Translations under genes and position numbers: made by a program
In this document: one piece after another, positions 28,228-37,946 of the stretch
How positions within the stretch are numbered: the first letter of the stretch is position 1
Layout: the number at the start of each line of letters is the position of its first letter
The notes under the pieces: generated by a model
The model's database searches: none
What the model was told of the DNA's origin: nothing
Seen by the model: the letters and a program-made list of their open reading frames with translations, nothing else
Source of the DNA: an uncultured virus (IMG/VR IMGVR_UViG_3300044670_002562)
Taxonomy: Duplodnaviria; Heunggongvirae; Uroviricota; Caudoviricetes
IMG/VR virus record: IMGVR_UViG_3300044670_002562
Strand: one strand, 5' to 3'
Length of the DNA: 64,000 nt

Positions 28228-31200
28228 CTAATTAAGTATCGTAATGGGGTCGTCTATTGATATCTTGCCTGCCCTGTATGCTCGCTTAGCCTCATCCACT
28301 GTATTGAATACTGCTGGGGCTTTATCGGACGGAGCCTTAGTGGCTAGGTACAGTCCCTGCAGATATTCGTTGGATAGCTTGTATGAGGCTTGTCCTGATC
28401 TTGCGGACAGGAGGTTGCGGTCAGGCATCATGCGATCGATTACCTGTGATACTGCTTCATCCGATACAGGTACGGTAAACGAGGCGGTGTCTCCATCGTA
28501 GTCCATAGCGAATGGCCCTACTATTGCAGGAGGCACCTGCACAGTAGAGCCCTTCACCAACACCGGCCAGAATCCCATAACGCTATACTTATGTAAGGTA
28601 GGCGCTCGATTTAGGATGACAGGGCGGCGCGTAATAACGGTCTGGAGCGCCTTATAGGCTAAGGGGCTTTGATCTTTTACGGCTGTGGCGGCTTCTGTGG
28701 CTGAAACTCCCTGTCTTACCAAGTCTCGTATAATAAAAGGCTCGTACAGGTTCCAGGCTAGCTTTTCTGGGATTCCCGCCTGATTAAGCAAAAGCGACGG
28801 GTTTGGCGCAACAACTCCAAGACCTGCCATATCAATATTGGTTCCTAGTACTCTACGCTGAATGAACCCTGTCTTAGGGCTCCCTTTGCCGAAGATATGC
28901 GGCAGAATACCTTTTACATTCTTCTGGACGAGCTGGTCCTTCTTAGGGTCCGATGTCCCGATAAGCGCTTTATAGCTGTCCCACAGCTCTGTACGGGCCT
29001 CCTGTCGCATTTGCGCAGGTAGTCCGTCTGTCTCCTTATAGTCAGCTATAGCCTCTATTAGCGATTTATACAGGTAGTTAGGATCCGCGACCATAGTCAT
29101 TCCGCCTTGGGCCGCTATTGGACGAAATCGAGGAGGAAGTACAGGTACCCTAGTCATAAGGAAATCTGCGGGGGTTACCTTGTTCGTTTCGAAAGCGTGC
29201 AGGAACCGGAACTTCTTTATTGCGTCATCTCGCTTGGACCGGATACCGTGCTTAATCTCATGCAGCGCTTTAGCTTTCTCTGCCTTAACATCGACCTTCG
29301 ATAGTCTGCCGGCTAGTGCTTCTTCGCCCTCAGCGATTAGCTCCTCCATTTCCGTCCTCTTCAGTCCAAGTATTCGCCGCATAGGGTCGGTCATAATAGG
29401 ATTAGGTAGGGGAGTAGGTAGCTCGATATATGCCCACCTGTCTCCGTTAGCCGCACTGCCTGTAGCGTCTGGGTCAAACAGTCCGCCTGGAATAGGTTTC
29501 ATGCCCTTTGCCGTATAGGTGGCTCCCTTATATATCTGTCGATTACCTGTCAGGTCTTTTGCCTGTTGATCTGTCATGGAGAATATATCGTCTGAGAAAG
29601 CGCCTTCAGATAGATGGACTCCGCCTGCTCGGATCAGGTCCTTAAACTTTTCGTACACTAAGGGAGTCTTTGGCATAGTCGGAGTTTGTCCGAGCTTAAG
29701 CTGTCGCCAGAACATGTCATTCTTCTGTCCCTTGATAAGCTTCATATCTTTAAGGACTTCTGTAGCTCCGTGAGCAAGTAGGGCCTCTTGGTACATCTTC
29801 CCTAGATGCTTCGCGCCTGTCTTACCTCCCTTTGCGGGCTGGTCCTCGGCGGTATACTTGGCCTGGGATCGCGATTTGCCCTTACCCTCAGAGGTGTGTT
29901 GCATCTTGTAGAAGTAGGTCACTCCCGTAAAGATCTGGGGGATCTTCTTGTTCGTCCTGGGGTCTACTAGGTCTTCTCTATCTGAGAGTCTGTGCTTCTG
30001 GAGCTCCTTATGCGTAAACTCGATCATATCCTCGTCGGAGAATCCGGGAAGGATATACGGCTTACCTGTCTTCTCCGCGATCTTACCTAGCTGTGCCTCT
30101 AGCTTCTGTGCCGGATTCGTTCTGCTTACCACGCCTAGCGGAGATAGGATAACGTCCATCTTCCTGCCCCTAGGGTCCGTAGGCATCTCGGAATCCTTCA
30201 CTACCTTCGAGATAACGCCTTTGCCCCCGTGACGCATAGCTAGCTTGTCGCCTACGCCCATTGGGATATTTGTGCGGATGTTAATGTAGTATCGCTCTTT
30301 CCCCTCAGTAGCGTCTGTGACTACTCCGGGGTGCTTCTTCTCCCACACTACCGCCTTATTAGATCGGATACGTCTTCCGAGGCTCCCTCCCTCTTTGGGA
30401 TCCTGCTCGGAGACAGCCAGCGCTAACGGATCCCCGTATCGGACAATAGATCCCGGCTTAATCATACCGGTAGCCTCATCTATCTTCGCCAACTGGTCCT
30501 TATTGAAAGCGGCGGGGAAGTTGGCTCGGAACATCTCCTTAGATACCTTGAGATCCTTCTGCTTCGTAAACTTAGTGTGGTACATGTGCTCGGATGTAAG
30601 TTTCTTGGCTGCTGCCTCCGATATGACAATAGCGTCCTCAAATACTAGCCCGTCGTAGTTCCAGTAGGCTACTCGTAGATTAGTGCCGAGTGCCGCTACT
30701 CCTTTATCGCTGGTGAAGTTGCTAGCGGCTAGGAGGTCCCCTTTCTTTACTCTATCTCCGGCTTTAACTGAGGACTTATTCCGGATATACGTAGATCTGG
30801 CGTACGGGAAGTTCTCGTACAGGTCGACAGAGCCCTCTGTACCGTCCGCATAGACTAGGTCTATGCGGTTCTTCCGCACAGCCTTTACCGTTGCATCTCC
30901 CGATGCTCTCACTGCGCCCAGGTGCCCGGCAATGCGCCTCTCTGTACTGGTTCCGCTGCTAGGGTCAGACGTCTGTACCAGCGGAGCCTCTCTACTCACT
31001 AGCGGAAGTGCTTGAGGTCCGAATTTCGAGTTATGTACGAAGACCCCCGCGTCTACGGCAAAGACCTTGTCCCCTAAATCAAGATCATACGTCACATCAG
31101 ACTCCGGAACCTCCACTACAGATGCGACTCTGTCCCACATCACGTTACTACCTATCCACGGACAGTCATCGACCGTAAGCCTTTCTGCTAGGGTGTCCCT

Positions 31201-33936
31201 AGTGTGCTGATCCACATAGGACCTATGTCTAAACTGCTCTTTCCTGCTGGAGCAGCTCAAAATTTTCTTGTGAAGTTCCGAGTATTTAGGTACCCAGTAT
31301 ATGTCTTTCTTGCCGGACCATGTAGGATGTTTCGACAGACGTTCATCCTTACGCGGATGACCTATATCCGGGAGACGGCTAATGTGCTGAGGCCGGATCT
31401 CTACCTTGTAAAAAGGAGCTCCCTTCACCGCGGATGATGTCTTGGTAGAGTCTATTCCTATAGTTCCGAGCAAAGTCATGAAGTCTCTTGCCAGATAGGG
31501 GCTCCTAGTTCCCGCATACACTCTGGCGTACCCTCTGCGAAGACCTACGCCTCCGTCGCCCGCAAGATATCCTGACACTAGTCCCTCTCTGAACTTTCTT
31601 CCTGCGTTCATTAGTGTGCCTGAGATCTTCTTGCTATAGGACCCTGAAGAGCAGTGCGTATAGAACAAAGAGGCAAGCTCTCTGCTATTGACGACATTAT
31701 CGTATCCGTCTGGGTATCTTCGGTTCCCTTTTAGTCGGTAGCGAATTCCCTTCTTCTCGCACCACGCGCGCAGCCTGTCCTGGACAAAGGTCTCTATTCC
31801 GGCGATGCTGATGCGGGAGCACGGCTCTCCTTTGCTGTTTATCTTTGTCAGAGTCCCTTCTGCTACGTACAAACCAAATATCCATCCGTCTTCACGGTCT
31901 GTGAGATCTATCTTAAGATCTCCTAGCTGGATGGACGTGTCCTGGGCATCCCCAAATAGATGGGACATATCCCCTGTGCGTGGTATAGGGGTATTTTTAC
32001 GTAGATCCCGTGCCAAGATCTCTTCTAGCTTACCGTCCGGCCCCATCGTTACCCACTTGTGGTTATCTGTGGTGATTACCCGGCGTCCGGACTTCAGAGT
32101 AATCATCAGCATAGTTTGCTGAGGCTGTGTATTCTCTTTTATGCCAGCTATAGGAGACCACTCTGTCCCTAGTGTATCTTCGTTGACACTTATGGTCTCG
32201 TCCCCTTCTTTCCATGTGTACTCTCCTACACATGTCTTATATACGTCGCCGTCTCGACGGATCATTAGATCTGTGTTCTCGTGTAGACAGCCCATCAAGA
32301 GGCGCATGCCCTTGTCTCCGGACTTGAGCGGAACCAGGTTTGCGCCATCTGAGAACATGTCGTCATTACTGGGAACGATGTAGTCCACGTCTTCTTTCTT
32401 TACCCACGCCATCCCTCGGTTAGGTACCATGGCAATCACGTAAGGCTCTGTGCTCTTTCGAGCTTCCGGCCATGCTAGGTTCTTACGCGCAGCCTCTCTA
32501 ATCCCTACCCACTTCTCTTTGCCAGTCTTAGCGTCGATAAACTTAGAGTACAGTTGCCGGTCCGGGCCTCGTCGAACATTGCGAGACATCTTCATATCTA
32601 CGCCGATCTTGAGGGATTCTGGCGCTCGGACGGGGTCGATATAATTGAGGTACGTAGGCTGGACTCCGCGAGCCTCTTTGGGGACTACATCCACGCTGGA
32701 CATGGCTCCCTCACCTAGTCGAAGTATGCGTTGATTCTGGTCGTACATATCCAACGGATTGATTTCTTCGATAGTTTGTGCCATGCCCGAGCTGTTAAAG
32801 AGGTGCTGGACGTGCTTATCCAGCGGCGCTGTGGGGACAGCCGATACGTCTCCGTTCTTTTTGGTGAGCTTCCACAGGATCTGCCGCAGAATGCCGTTCT
32901 GATCGTGTGTTACCTTATCGCTGAGGAAGTCTGAGATGTCCCACACATCCTGGAACTCCAAAGAATCACGACTATCTGAGTCTTCCTTTCCTTGTGCAAC
33001 GCGCAAGATCTTACCTGTTGCGGACATCATCGCTTCCGGGGATACGTTCGAATGGGCCTCACCTATCGTAACTTGTGTAACTCTAGGATTAAGCCCGATC
33101 TTACCGAACTCCTCCTCTAATCCCTGTCGAACTGTGTCCGTGTACAGGTTAGAGATCGCCGCTCCTGTCTTCTGCTGGAGTAGCTGCGCAACAACGGATC
33201 CCGCCTTAGCGTCTACAGATAGCGGTGCGTTAGCTTCGAGCGGCTCAGGCGCTGTGGCGAACCCCTTCAGGAAATTAACAGCATACGGAGATTTCTCTAA
33301 GTCTTTGTTCTTCTCCGCAATACCTTTTCCCCACTGGGCTTCGATATCCTCGTGCTGCTTTCCCATAGCTCTGAGGATAGGATATAATGGGAGCTTCCTA
33401 TTCTTATACTTCATGTAGAAGTGCGATGTGGCTGGCTCCATATAGATACGGAAGGATGCTCCTGACCGAGGCATAGCGTTAAACTGGGCCTCTACGTTTG
33501 CGTCATCTGTTACTCGCGTATAGATGCCCGAGTTAAGCCGTAACTGCTTTGCTATTGTATACTCAGATCCGTTACGTACGTATGTCCCTCTATCCGTTAG
33601 GTAGGGTACGTTCATGAGTGTCTTACGGCCAGTCTTGCCTATAGCCTTGCCCGACTCTTTATCTACTACCTCCCACCGGCCCGTTACCTTATCGCTAAGC
33701 GTCCTACCTTCCAGTATCGCCGACTTTTGCTGGGCGAGAGAGAATCGGTTCTTCGGCTTGGCATAGGCAACATCTACGGCTCTTAGGAGATACGTATCGT
33801 TCTCCGAAAAAGCAGACGTCGCAACAGCAGAGAGGACCTTCTTTCGTAGGTCCTCTCTGACTGCGTTGTAGTCTGTGTAGTTTAGCAGCCCCTTGCCGTC
33901 TGAGAAGTCTGGGGCTGGGGCGGGCATCTCCGGCAT
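28228..33936 (-). CDS. Fused RNA polymerase beta + beta' N-terminal part, intein-containing
   Basis: beta motifs (PYLTDRGTYVRNG, IDPVRAPES, FEDAIVISE, GDKLAMRHGGKGVIS, KMQH, GAKHLGKM) run in frame into beta' motifs (GGLFD, VPVLPPRFRP, NRAPTLHK, FAMDYDGD). Confidence 0.95.
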   Translation of the reverse strand: MPEMPAPAPDFSDGKGLLNYTDYNAVREDLRKKVLSAVATSAFSENDTYLLRAVDVAYAKPKNRFSLAQQKSAILEGRTLSDKVTGRWEVVDKESGKAIGKTGRKTLMNVPYLTDRGTYVRNGSEYTIAKQLRLNSGIYTRVTDDANVEAQFNAMPRSGASFRIYMEPATSHFYMKYKNRKLPLYPILRAMGKQHEDIEAQWGKGIAEKNKDLEKSPYAVNFLKGFATAPEPLEANAPLSVDAKAGSVVAQLLQQKTGAAISNLYTDTVRQGLEEEFGKIGLNPRVTQVTIGEAHSNVSPEAMMSATGKILRVAQGKEDSDSRDSLEFQDVWDISDFLSDKVTHDQNGILRQILWKLTKKNGDVSAVPTAPLDKHVQHLFNSSGMAQTIEEINPLDMYDQNQRILRLGEGAMSSVDVVPKEARGVQPTYLNYIDPVRAPESLKIGVDMKMSRNVRRGPDRQLYSKFIDAKTGKEKWVGIREAARKNLAWPEARKSTEPYVIAMVPNRGMAWVKKEDVDYIVPSNDDMFSDGANLVPLKSGDKGMRLLMGCLHENTDLMIRRDGDVYKTCVGEYTWKEGDETISVNEDTLGTEWSPIAGIKENTQPQQTMLMITLKSGRRVITTDNHKWVTMGPDGKLEEILARDLRKNTPIPRTGDMSHLFGDAQDTSIQLGDLKIDLTDREDGWIFGLYVAEGTLTKINSKGEPCSRISIAGIETFVQDRLRAWCEKKGIRYRLKGNRRYPDGYDNVVNSRELASLFYTHCSSGSYSKKISGTLMNAGRKFREGLVSGYLAGDGGVGLRRGYARVYAGTRSPYLARDFMTLLGTIGIDSTKTSSAVKGAPFYKVEIRPQHISRLPDIGHPRKDERLSKHPTWSGKKDIYWVPKYSELHKKILSCSSRKEQFRHRSYVDQHTRDTLAERLTVDDCPWIGSNVMWDRVASVVEVPESDVTYDLDLGDKVFAVDAGVFVHNSKFGPQALPLVSREAPLVQTSDPSSGTSTERRIAGHLGAVRASGDATVKAVRKNRIDLVYADGTEGSVDLYENFPYARSTYIRNKSSVKAGDRVKKGDLLAASNFTSDKGVAALGTNLRVAYWNYDGLVFEDAIVISEAAAKKLTSEHMYHTKFTKQKDLKVSKEMFRANFPAAFNKDQLAKIDEATGMIKPGSIVRYGDPLALAVSEQDPKEGGSLGRRIRSNKAVVWEKKHPGVVTDATEGKERYYINIRTNIPMGVGDKLAMRHGGKGVISKVVKDSEMPTDPRGRKMDVILSPLGVVSRTNPAQKLEAQLGKIAEKTGKPYILPGFSDEDMIEFTHKELQKHRLSDREDLVDPRTNKKIPQIFTGVTYFYKMQHTSEGKGKSRSQAKYTAEDQPAKGGKTGAKHLGKMYQEALLAHGATEVLKDMKLIKGQKNDMFWRQLKLGQTPTMPKTPLVYEKFKDLIRAGGVHLSEGAFSDDIFSMTDQQAKDLTGNRQIYKGATYTAKGMKPIPGGLFDPDATGSAANGDRWAYIELPTPLPNPIMTDPMRRILGLKRTEMEELIAEGEEALAGRLSKVDVKAEKAKALHEIKHGIRSKRDDAIKKFRFLHAFETNKVTPADFLMTRVPVLPPRFRPIAAQGGMTMVADPNYLYKSLIEAIADYKETDGLPAQMRQEARTELWDSYKALIGTSDPKKDQLVQKNVKGILPHIFGKGSPKTGFIQRRVLGTNIDMAGLGVVAPNPSLLLNQAGIPEKLAWNLYEPFIIRDLVRQGVSATEAATAVKDQSPLAYKALQTVITRRPVILNRAPTLHKYSVMGFWPVLVKGSTVQVPPAIVGPFAMDYDGDTASFTVPVSDEAVSQVIDRMMPDRNLLSARSGQASYKLSNEYLQGLYLATKAPSDKAPAVFNTVDEAKRAYRAGKISIDDPITILN
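31030..32289 (-). mobile_element. Intein with LAGLIDADG homing endonuclease (420 aa) in RNAP beta
   Basis: C1 CLHENT, block B TTDNHKW, LAGLIDADG motifs FGLYVAEG and VSGYLAGDG, terminal FVHN followed by +1 Ser; excision gives RLLMG-SKFGPQALPL, equivalent to RpoB RALMGxNMQRQAVP. Confidence 0.95.
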
Positions 33937-33943
33937 GTTATGT

Positions 33944-35059
33944 CTAAGCTCCCATCAGCTCGGTATACAGATCGTCGGATTCGGAGACTCCTAACTCTGC
34001 CGGGAGCTTCGGCGCGTCTGCTGACTTCACCGCCGCTGCGGACATGGACGTAGGCGAGGGTTTTGCACTAGCCTGGACAGCGCCTGTATCCGATACCTTC
34101 GCGGGCACAGGCAGCTGAGAGGCATCGAGAAGGACAGGGGATTCGGTCATCTTCTGCCTGTGGCTCATCAGCTTCTTGAGCTCACTCATTCGCTTACGTG
34201 AAGGGTCGTTCTTATCTGAGAACGACCGCATAGCCTTATAGGAGAATGCAAAAGCAAAGGCCGCCCACAACCAGTAGAAATTAGCAAAGGCTTTCGGATA
34301 TCTAGAGGGGGAGGTCAGCGTGTCGCGTGAGCTCGGGATTTGGCTGGTGATCTCGCTAGCGAATACACCGTCGCCTGCTACTTTCTGACCCGGCGCGCCT
34401 TTTACTCTCTTGTATTCGTCGTAGATCATCTTGTCTACTTTATTCTTAGTATCTGCGATACTCACGTCCAGGCGAGAGCGACGCTCAGCATCTTCTAAGT
34501 AATCAGCTAAGCGCCAGCCGCCCGCAGTTGCCGCAAAGACTGCGGCTGTAGCCAGGGCCAAGTGTGCCGAGTCGTGCTCCTTAGATGAGATGTCATGTAA
34601 GAACTGACCTGTAGCGCCTGATATGCCGTCTGCCACAAAGCTAGAGTTAGCCTGCTTTTGCTCCGAGACATCTCCCCCGCCAAGCAATAGTCGCTCCTTA
34701 AGGGCTTTCTCTTCATCTATATCGGATACGTCAGGGTCGATCGATAATGTAGGGTACTTCCCTGCTGTATATGCCGCGGTGTCCTTCTTGCTCAGCTCCT
34801 GATTAATTCCGAGCATTTCAGACTCCTTCAGCTTATGTAGCTTACGGAGCAGGAACGCTAAGCCTCCGTACCCGACGCTAAGGCCTCCTGCGTGCAGAAG
34901 CGCTTTCTTCGTAGGGCTTGCGGACGGGGAGACGATAGTTCTATCGAAGGCGACGGGATTAAAGAAGGTGTTAAGGAGGCGAACCATATCGTCCTTATTG
35001 GCCTGTTTCTGCATATCAGGAGTAGATTCTGAAGACATTCTAAGAGCTCTCGGTATCAT
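33944..35059 (-). CDS. Membrane-type protein with KxA motifs
   Basis: 371 aa; QKQAN x2, QKVAG; three hydrophobic helices. Confidence 0.7.
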   Translation of the reverse strand: MIPRALRMSSESTPDMQKQANKDDMVRLLNTFFNPVAFDRTIVSPSASPTKKALLHAGGLSVGYGGLAFLLRKLHKLKESEMLGINQELSKKDTAAYTAGKYPTLSIDPDVSDIDEEKALKERLLLGGGDVSEQKQANSSFVADGISGATGQFLHDISSKEHDSAHLALATAAVFAATAGGWRLADYLEDAERRSRLDVSIADTKNKVDKMIYDEYKRVKGAPGQKVAGDGVFASEITSQIPSSRDTLTSPSRYPKAFANFYWLWAAFAFAFSYKAMRSFSDKNDPSRKRMSELKKLMSHRQKMTESPVLLDASQLPVPAKVSDTGAVQASAKPSPTSMSAAAVKSADAPKLPAELGVSESDDLYTELMGA

Positions 35060-35111
35060 CTGGTGCTGTTGGTAGAAAGTAGGATCGAGTAAGGTTACTC
35101 GTTATTTAACA

Positions 35112-35127
35112 TAGAACACGTATGCTA
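35112..35127. promoter_or_regulatory. Copy of recurrent palindrome (TAGAACACGTATGCTA)
   Basis: In an 87-nt intergenic gap upstream of the 33944..35059 plus RNAP genes. Confidence 0.55.
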
Positions 35128-35146
35128 AATTGTAACCGCAATACGG

Positions 35147-35725
35147 TCACAGGGAGTCTTCTGCGTCTTCTTCAGCAGGGATGTCTCGCATAGCTTGCAG
35201 CAGGTGCCCGAGGTAGCTGCCCGCGGAGCTATATCGACTACCGTCTTCGCTCGGGGAGGCTTCCTCATCGCTATGCGGAGAAAACCTATCCTTAGGCCCC
35301 TCGGTGTTTGTTTCAGGAAAGACTATTGTCTTGGGCTTCGACTGCGTCGAGGACTCTGCGGCCTCTACCGCTTTAGGCGGGGCGAAATAGTGCTCCATCC
35401 ATCGCATAAGCACTCGCCAGCTCTTGATGTCGTTATCGTACACCTTTTCTTCGAAGGAGATAGTAGCCAAATTATCGCATACCTTCTGGCCAACTGCCCT
35501 GTACTGCTCTAGATCCGCCTCTTGGCTAAGGTCGAACTGGGCACAGCATGCGTTGCTCTTTAGCTGTGGGCGGAGGTCGTCGGAATCGTCTTCTTTGAAC
35601 GGATGCGGCTTACCGATATAGGGCAGGCCGTCGTATTCGTATCCTTGTCCGTAATCCCGCAGAGCTCCGTACGCTTTAAGAGGAGATCCTGCGCTAAATG
35701 GATTAAATGCGGAGCGATCGTGCAT
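35147..35725 (-). CDS. Hypothetical protein
   Basis: Start reassigned to ATG 35725 (MHDRSAF, GGGAGG RBS), avoiding a long overlap with the next gene. Confidence 0.65.
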   Translation of the reverse strand: MHDRSAFNPFSAGSPLKAYGALRDYGQGYEYDGLPYIGKPHPFKEDDSDDLRPQLKSNACCAQFDLSQEADLEQYRAVGQKVCDNLATISFEEKVYDNDIKSWRVLMRWMEHYFAPPKAVEAAESSTQSKPKTIVFPETNTEGPKDRFSPHSDEEASPSEDGSRYSSAGSYLGHLLQAMRDIPAEEDAEDSL

Positions 35726-36071
35726 CGCTGCCTCCCTGCTTAGCCTCTTCTTCCAGTTCGGCCTGGGTCTTATTCCGCGCCAGGTCGGCCTCGAGTTTAC
35801 GAATGTCTGCGAGTTCGATTGCCTTCTGCACAGTCTTAAAGTCCAGCTTAGAGGGCGAGGTGATCTTTGAGTGAATAGCCCCGCCAAACCCTCCTACTAC
35901 GGCAGGCAAAGCTAGTAGATACGGAAGTATCTCGCTAGATGCGGTAACACCTGTCTCAAGAATTTTAGTTATGGCTTCCGGTATACCGGCAGTCTTTTCT
36001 ACTCCGCGTGACTGAGGCTGGGCATTAGCGTAGCCTCCTGTAAATCCTAAATATGTATCTGGGTTCGTCAT
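35703..36071 (-). CDS. Small glycine-zipper membrane protein with GY...KTA leader
   Basis: YLGFTGGY...VEKTAG; LLALPAVVGGFGGAI helix. Confidence 0.7.
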   Translation of the reverse strand: MTNPDTYLGFTGGYANAQPQSRGVEKTAGIPEAITKILETGVTASSEILPYLLALPAVVGGFGGAIHSKITSPSKLDFKTVQKAIELADIRKLEADLARNKTQAELEEEAKQGGSDARSLRI

Positions 36072-36502
36072 TTTCCAAACTCCGTGAATATTCCTGTACT
36101 AGTAAGTGCTCCCGCTATAGCCCCTGCTACGCTTAGGCGCTTAGAGACAATAGATGGTAATGAAAATAAAGATGAGGCGGCTCGGCCAAAAAGATATCCT
36201 GCTCCACCGCCAGCGCCAGCCGTTATTGCGCTTCGCATTAGAGATGTCCCGCTAGTTAGTCCGTATCTCTTCTGCTCTGCGTTTTCAAATAAAGTAGCTG
36301 CGATGTCCTTTTGGGTAATAGATAAATATGGATCCCCTTTTATAAGCTGCAGGCTTTCGGATATCGGCACATTCTTAGAGTTAAGAGCTATATCTTTGTT
36401 AAGTACATACGACGCTGCCTTATGGAGGGAGGTTGCCTTGTGTGATGAGGCTAAGGCGGAGTACCCTTCCCGGTATCCTATAGTTTGCGCAGAAGTAGAC
36501 AT
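36068..36502 (-). CDS. Small glycine-zipper membrane protein with GY...KAA leader
   Basis: IGYREGY...LHKAAS; AGAGGGAGYLFG; VAGAIAGAL. Confidence 0.7.
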   Translation of the reverse strand: MSTSAQTIGYREGYSALASSHKATSLHKAASYVLNKDIALNSKNVPISESLQLIKGDPYLSITQKDIAATLFENAEQKRYGLTSGTSLMRSAITAGAGGGAGYLFGRAASSLFSLPSIVSKRLSVAGAIAGALTSTGIFTEFGK

Positions 36503-37003
36503 CTATCGGCCCCCTCTTTCGTCGGTATAGGTCTGGGAATACTCGTAGGCGGGGATTGCTTGTGCTCGAATTCTCTTATACGCATCCTGTTTATCCTGAA
36601 ATACGTGTTTATATTTCTGCTTATACTTAGGGTCAAGTAAGCTCTGCGCTGCTCGTCCCCATCCCGCGGAGGTATCCATATGCTTAAACACAGGATACGC
36701 GACTCCGGCCACTCCTCCTAGAGTAGACGCTATCCGGCTTATTGTCTGCACCGTGCCGTCCTCCTCTAGCTTGCGTAGAGCCTCTGCCCGTTGCTCAGGG
36801 GGCACTCTAATTAGAAGCGTCTTCACCAAGCCGTCTGTTATCTTCTTAGCTGCGAAGTGCCCGCCTACGGCTCCTAGGGACCCCAGTAGTGCGGCCTCTG
36901 CCCAGGGTGCTTTATCTGTAAGGGATTTATATCCCCGTAGTGCTCCCTGTGCGGCGGAGGAAGCTGTGTCCATAAATGTACTTTTACCAGCTGCTGTACT
37001 CAT
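36503..37003 (-). CDS. Glycine-zipper membrane protein
   Basis: ALLGSLGAVGG and LGGVAGVAY helices; coupled ORF. Confidence 0.65.
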   Translation of the reverse strand: MSTAAGKSTFMDTASSAAQGALRGYKSLTDKAPWAEAALLGSLGAVGGHFAAKKITDGLVKTLLIRVPPEQRAEALRKLEEDGTVQTISRIASTLGGVAGVAYPVFKHMDTSAGWGRAAQSLLDPKYKQKYKHVFQDKQDAYKRIRAQAIPAYEYSQTYTDERGGR

Positions 37004-37938
37004 AGCGGCATTCTCCTGTAGGTAGGTTGTGCGAGCCTTACCGGTTGATTGCTCTGCCCTAGTCTCCGGTACATAGCCTCAGACAGCGGGCTCCTTGCCG
37101 GCACTTGCTGCGGTCTTGCCTGAGGAGTTGCCTGAGGAGTTGTCTGTTTTTTAGATAGCAGTAGCGAAGCTAGCGGGGCTAGGGCCGCTATTCCGCCTAG
37201 AGCCCACGGAGCAGCTTTGCCAATAGCGGTAGACGCTTTATCTCGAGCTTCTCTTATGACTTGTGCCTTGACTTTGTCTCGACTCGATGAGTGTGCGATA
37301 TAGTTTGAGAGCCTTCTTATCTTAGCGTAGTCTTTATCTGCATGTGCTTTTTTTAGAGCCTGTTCGAACGCCACGCTTTGTGACGAGGGCTCGAGAGGGA
37401 GTCTGCCTCCTAGGTCTTTTGATAGCTGGATGACTTCTTTGCGAGTTGCGTGAGGGTATCGGGGTAGGATTTTTTCCTCAAACAGCTTATTGAACTTCTC
37501 TTTATCGCTAAGATCTACTCGCTGGTATGCCCCGCCTCCTTGCTTGCTCCTATAGATGTCGGCAGGTTTAGGTTTGGAAAGCGTATAATTGCCGACCATG
37601 CTCGCTGGACCGGAGTAGCTATGATCCGCTGGCTTCGCTGGCCCATGTCCATCATACTCCGGCGTCAGGTTGCTGAGGCGGAACTTATCCCACCAGCTAC
37701 GTTCCGGATTAGCTGGGGACATCAGTCCAGGTTTATTATCTTCCTGAGGGCCCTCGAAGATGGGCGTGAACGCCTCGAATGCTTTGGAGATCATAGGTCC
37801 GTACTTTAGTATATTCTTTTCAGAAAGAGCCCAGTCCTCCATCTTGCCAACTAGGCCGCCATCTGCCTCCTTAAGGAGGCAGGGAGCCGCATAGCCGTGC
37901 CTGTATGCTAATGGAAAGGATGTGCCTTTATCTGACAT
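37000..37938 (-). CDS. Hypothetical protein with GY...KEA leader and C-terminal membrane helix
   Basis: LAYRHGY...LLKEAD; WALGGIAALAPLASLLL. Confidence 0.7.
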   Translation of the reverse strand: MSDKGTSFPLAYRHGYAAPCLLKEADGGLVGKMEDWALSEKNILKYGPMISKAFEAFTPIFEGPQEDNKPGLMSPANPERSWWDKFRLSNLTPEYDGHGPAKPADHSYSGPASMVGNYTLSKPKPADIYRSKQGGGAYQRVDLSDKEKFNKLFEEKILPRYPHATRKEVIQLSKDLGGRLPLEPSSQSVAFEQALKKAHADKDYAKIRRLSNYIAHSSSRDKVKAQVIREARDKASTAIGKAAPWALGGIAALAPLASLLLSKKQTTPQATPQARPQQVPARSPLSEAMYRRLGQSNQPVRLAQPTYRRMPL

Positions 37939-37946
37939 AAGTGTCT

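Noticed and set aside
28228..33936. Host rpoBC contamination
   Set aside because: No ribosomal protein neighbours, highly divergent motifs, and tight coupling to phage head genes.
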